Source: Candidatus Bathyarchaeia archaeon
Lineage (GTDB): Archaea > Thermoproteota > Bathyarchaeia > Bathyarchaeales > Bathycorpusculaceae
Reading direction: 5' to 3'
Length of the DNA stretch: 10,245 nucleotides
NCBI GenBank assembly: GCA_038883715.1
Contig: JAVZLS010000027.1
Span: 1 to 10,245 of the forward strand
Below are positions 8,459-10,245 of this stretch, piece after piece (the stretch's first letter is position 1; the number at the start of each line of letters is the position of its first letter). The position numbers and the translations under genes are program-made. The notes beneath the pieces are model-generated. The model did not search any database and was not told the origin of the DNA. It was given only the letters and a program-made list of their open reading frames with translations.

Positions 8459-9421
8459 TTATATTTCCTTTTGGAAGTATTTTTCTGGCGGCATCCTTTG
8501 GACGTAGATCCCGCGCTTTTGTTTTGTTAAAATTTTTTTCTTACATAAGTTATCTAAAGCTTTGCATAACGATGATTTTGGAAAGTTATAACGTTGATTT
8601 TTAAGCGAGTTATCTACTTCAGAAAATGTTCTGGGTTGGGCAAAGTAATTTTGTTGGTACATAAATAGTAATACGCTTTCCGGTTTTGCTGGTTCTCCTT
8701 CACGTGTTATAATCATAGTAGTGCTAACTTTTACTGTGTCGTTCACTATTCCAATCAGCTCCTTTTTTGCTCTGATTTTGTAACCTATACTTTCCAAGGT
8801 TTCTAGATATTCCATATAAGTTATTGGGATTTCGCTAATGCATGCTTTTGCAATTAATATTCCGGCGGCTCCTGTGTCATGAGCCCCTTTTCTTGACCTT
8901 TGAGAATAGATATACTTCATTCTGTTCATCAGAAAGTGAATATCGCTTATACGATTAGATAAAAGACTTATCAACTTGTTAACTTTATCCTCAAATTTAG
9001 CAATTTCAAGTACTTCATAATGCTCGCCGGCCATAGCGAGTCTTTTCACCAGTCTCTCGCATATTAGTCCGCAGCGAATTACAGAATCTCGAAATTCCCG
9101 CGTCATAAATTCTTCAAAAGCGTAGATATAATGCTGAAAGAAACAAATAACTAAGTCGAGTTCCTTGTAAATCACGCTTTTGTCTTCGCTTTTCCGCAAC
9201 ATGGTAAGGTAATAGTCGTTTATTATACGAGTTAGTCGATCATTGCCAAGATATTGCTTGCTCCAAACATCAAGAACCCATTTTAATTCTTTAAGGAGTA
9301 TATCCTCATCCGCGCTACTTAAAATAACATTATTCCAAGCTACATCATAGATCCTGTTAAGTACTCTTTCTATTTCATCCTCGTCTGGATACTTCTTTGG
9401 TTCGTCAGTGGAATAACCCAA
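8459..9421 (-). CDS. Hypothetical protein; putative HEPN-like domain plus C-terminal winged helix-turn-helix
   Basis: 320-aa ORF in AT-rich DNA, with AGGTGG 6 nt before the TTG start. Helix RDSVIRCGLICERLVKRL (E122) and R175-SRKGA-H181 resemble HEPN. Residues 246-310 (YFAQPRTFSEVDNSL...SSLCKALDNLCKKKILTKQKRGIY) resemble a winged helix. The CDS is well supported; the domain calls are moderate. Confidence 0.7.
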   Translation of the reverse strand: MGYSTDEPKKYPDEDEIERVLNRIYDVAWNNVILSSADEDILLKELKWVLDVWSKQYLGNDRLTRIINDYYLTMLRKSEDKSVIYKELDLVICFFQHYIYAFEEFMTREFRDSVIRCGLICERLVKRLAMAGEHYEVLEIAKFEDKVNKLISLLSNRISDIHFLMNRMKYIYSQRSRKGAHDTGAAGILIAKACISEIPITYMEYLETLESIGYKIRAKKELIGIVNDTVKVSTTMIITREGEPAKPESVLLFMYQQNYFAQPRTFSEVDNSLKNQRYNFPKSSLCKALDNLCKKKILTKQKRGIYVQRMPPEKYFQKEI

Positions 9422-9478
9422 ATTTGTCCACCTGATAAATTTAAATTGTAATTCCTTTTATAATTAAACTTGGTGTAT
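9422..9478. promoter_or_regulatory. Overlapping bidirectional promoter of the divergent gene pair
   Basis: TTTAAA at 9440-9445 inside the perfect palindrome AATTTAAATT (9438-9447). TTATAAAA on the minus strand at 9463-9456. Ribosome-binding motifs on both sides (CCACCT 9428-9433; GGTG 9472-9475). Confidence 0.55.
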
Positions 9479-10099
9479 ATGTCCGAGAATAAAAAGGAGT
9501 TTCGGTCCGGCTTTAGGATAAAATGGGCTGATAGAGAGATTGAATATTATGACGAATCTGGCAAATCTGTATTAGATGTTTTTAACAAAGTCTTTGAGCA
9601 TATAAAAGGCATCCCTGTTGGAGTAACACAGTTCATGACACCACCATCTGCTCCAACACCTCAAATTGGAATTACAAATAAACAGACTTTGATTGAGGGA
9701 GATGAGTATGATCGGATTGCAAAAGATGCAAATGTCGCCAAAGAAGATGTTGTTAAAGTTATCAAATTTGAGAAAAGCCAAGATTTTCCAGATCTAGTTC
9801 CGTTTTTGCCTATGCATCCAAACACCACGGATGCTGTAAGACTGGTATGTTATGCTATTCAAGTAGGATTGCAGAAGACACCCATAGAAGTGTCTTATTT
9901 AAAGAAAATCCTGAAAGGACCAAACGGTTATCCTTTACCGGGACGTGAACTAGGACTGATATTGGCTAATTTTCGTAGAAATGATGTAATAATAGCCTCA
10001 CAAACTAAAGGGAAATATAAACCGTTCACACTATCAACGAAGGGAATCGAACAAACAAGAGAGCTACTTAAGAAAGCCATAGAAGGCAAAGCTGGCTAA
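9479..10099 (+). CDS. Hypothetical protein with probable C-terminal winged helix-turn-helix
   Basis: The ORF track starts at TTG 9470 (209 aa); ATG 9479 following GGTG is an equally or more likely start. Small N-terminal beta-beta-alpha segment (FRIKWADREIEYY...VLDVFNKVFEHI), Pro-rich linker (TPPSAPTPQ), then a winged-helix-like end (ELGLILANFRRNDVIIASQTKGKYKPFTLSTKGIEQTRELLKK). Confidence 0.7.
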   Translation: MSENKKEFRSGFRIKWADREIEYYDESGKSVLDVFNKVFEHIKGIPVGVTQFMTPPSAPTPQIGITNKQTLIEGDEYDRIAKDANVAKEDVVKVIKFEKSQDFPDLVPFLPMHPNTTDAVRLVCYAIQVGLQKTPIEVSYLKKILKGPNGYPLPGRELGLILANFRRNDVIIASQTKGKYKPFTLSTKGIEQTRELLKKAIEGKAG

Positions 10100-10105
10100 A
10101 TTATT

Positions 10106-10245
10106 TCAACTCTTTTCGAAGAATAGGCGGGTTTCCCCCATAGTTTTTACGTCTAAGGCTCGGACTTTGACGACTATTGGGAAGTCTTTTACAATTTTGC
10201 CAAGCACTAGGCAGTGGTGGGGCGGCAGGTCCATGGCTATGGATT
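10106..10245 (-). CDS. 3' end of a gene entering from the right; probable HerA/FtsK-like (DUF87-type) ATPase
   Basis: The minus frame from 10243 reads SIAMDLPPHHCLVLGKIVKDFPIVVKVRALDVKTMGETRLFFEKS, stop at 10108-10106. The L-x-x-x-x-[AC]-h-h-h-G...P-h-h-V-K-V-R pattern resembles the final strands of HerA-family ATPases. Only 45 aa are visible. Confidence 0.55.
   Translation of the reverse strand, partial: SIAMDLPPHHCLVLGKIVKDFPIVVKVRALDVKTMGETRLFFEKS

Larger units (their letters stand above)
8450..10105. other. Low-GC two-gene islet, probable horizontal acquisition
   Basis: Spot G+C counts: 14/60 at 8521-8580, 21/60 at 8581-8640 and 16/60 at 8941-9000, versus 37/60 at 8101-8160 in the Nudix gene. 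No integrase or transposase is present. Confidence 0.6.

Noticed and set aside
8450-10105. Islet as an IS element, provirus or classical HEPN-MNT pair
   Set aside because: No transposase, integrase, terminal inverted repeats or tRNA target was seen, and no GS-x10-DxD nucleotidyltransferase motif was found in either protein.
10116-10141. GC-rich stretch (GGCGGGTTTCCCCC) after the 10099 stop as a hairpin terminator
   Set aside because: The pairing is weak and the sequence lies within the coding 3' end of the convergent gene.
1-10245. CRISPR array, tRNA, rRNA or structured ncRNA
   Set aside because: No regularly spaced repeats or cloverleaf motifs were seen. All intergenic gaps are under 90 bp and are accounted for by promoter-like sequence or short spacers.

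Overview
Gene-dense archaeal window. Archaeal origin is supported by an archaeal-type UMP kinase, TATA-like boxes, GGTG/GGAG ribosome-binding motifs and TTG/GTG starts; a Bathyarchaeia-like source is only an impression. Gene order: 5'-truncated metallo-beta-lactamase-fold hydrolase (+), GNAT acetyltransferase (-), pyrH (+), a PadR-led operon with a DrrAB-like ABC-2 exporter and a LolD/MacB-FtsX-type ABC pair (+), a rhomboid protease with a long C-terminal extension (+) and a Nudix hydrolase (+). Then comes an AT-rich cassette of about 1.65 kb (8450-10105) with two divergent uncharacterised genes, and finally the 3' end of a probable HerA-like ATPase (-) that the ORF track misses. The cassette is the best candidate for an undescribed system: a putative HEPN (R-x5-H) ribonuclease fused to a winged helix, plus a winged-helix partner, sharing a tiny overlapping bidirectional promoter and wedged between two convergent host genes. 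It may be a toxin-antitoxin or anti-viral module. All domain calls were made by eye from motifs; no searches were run.
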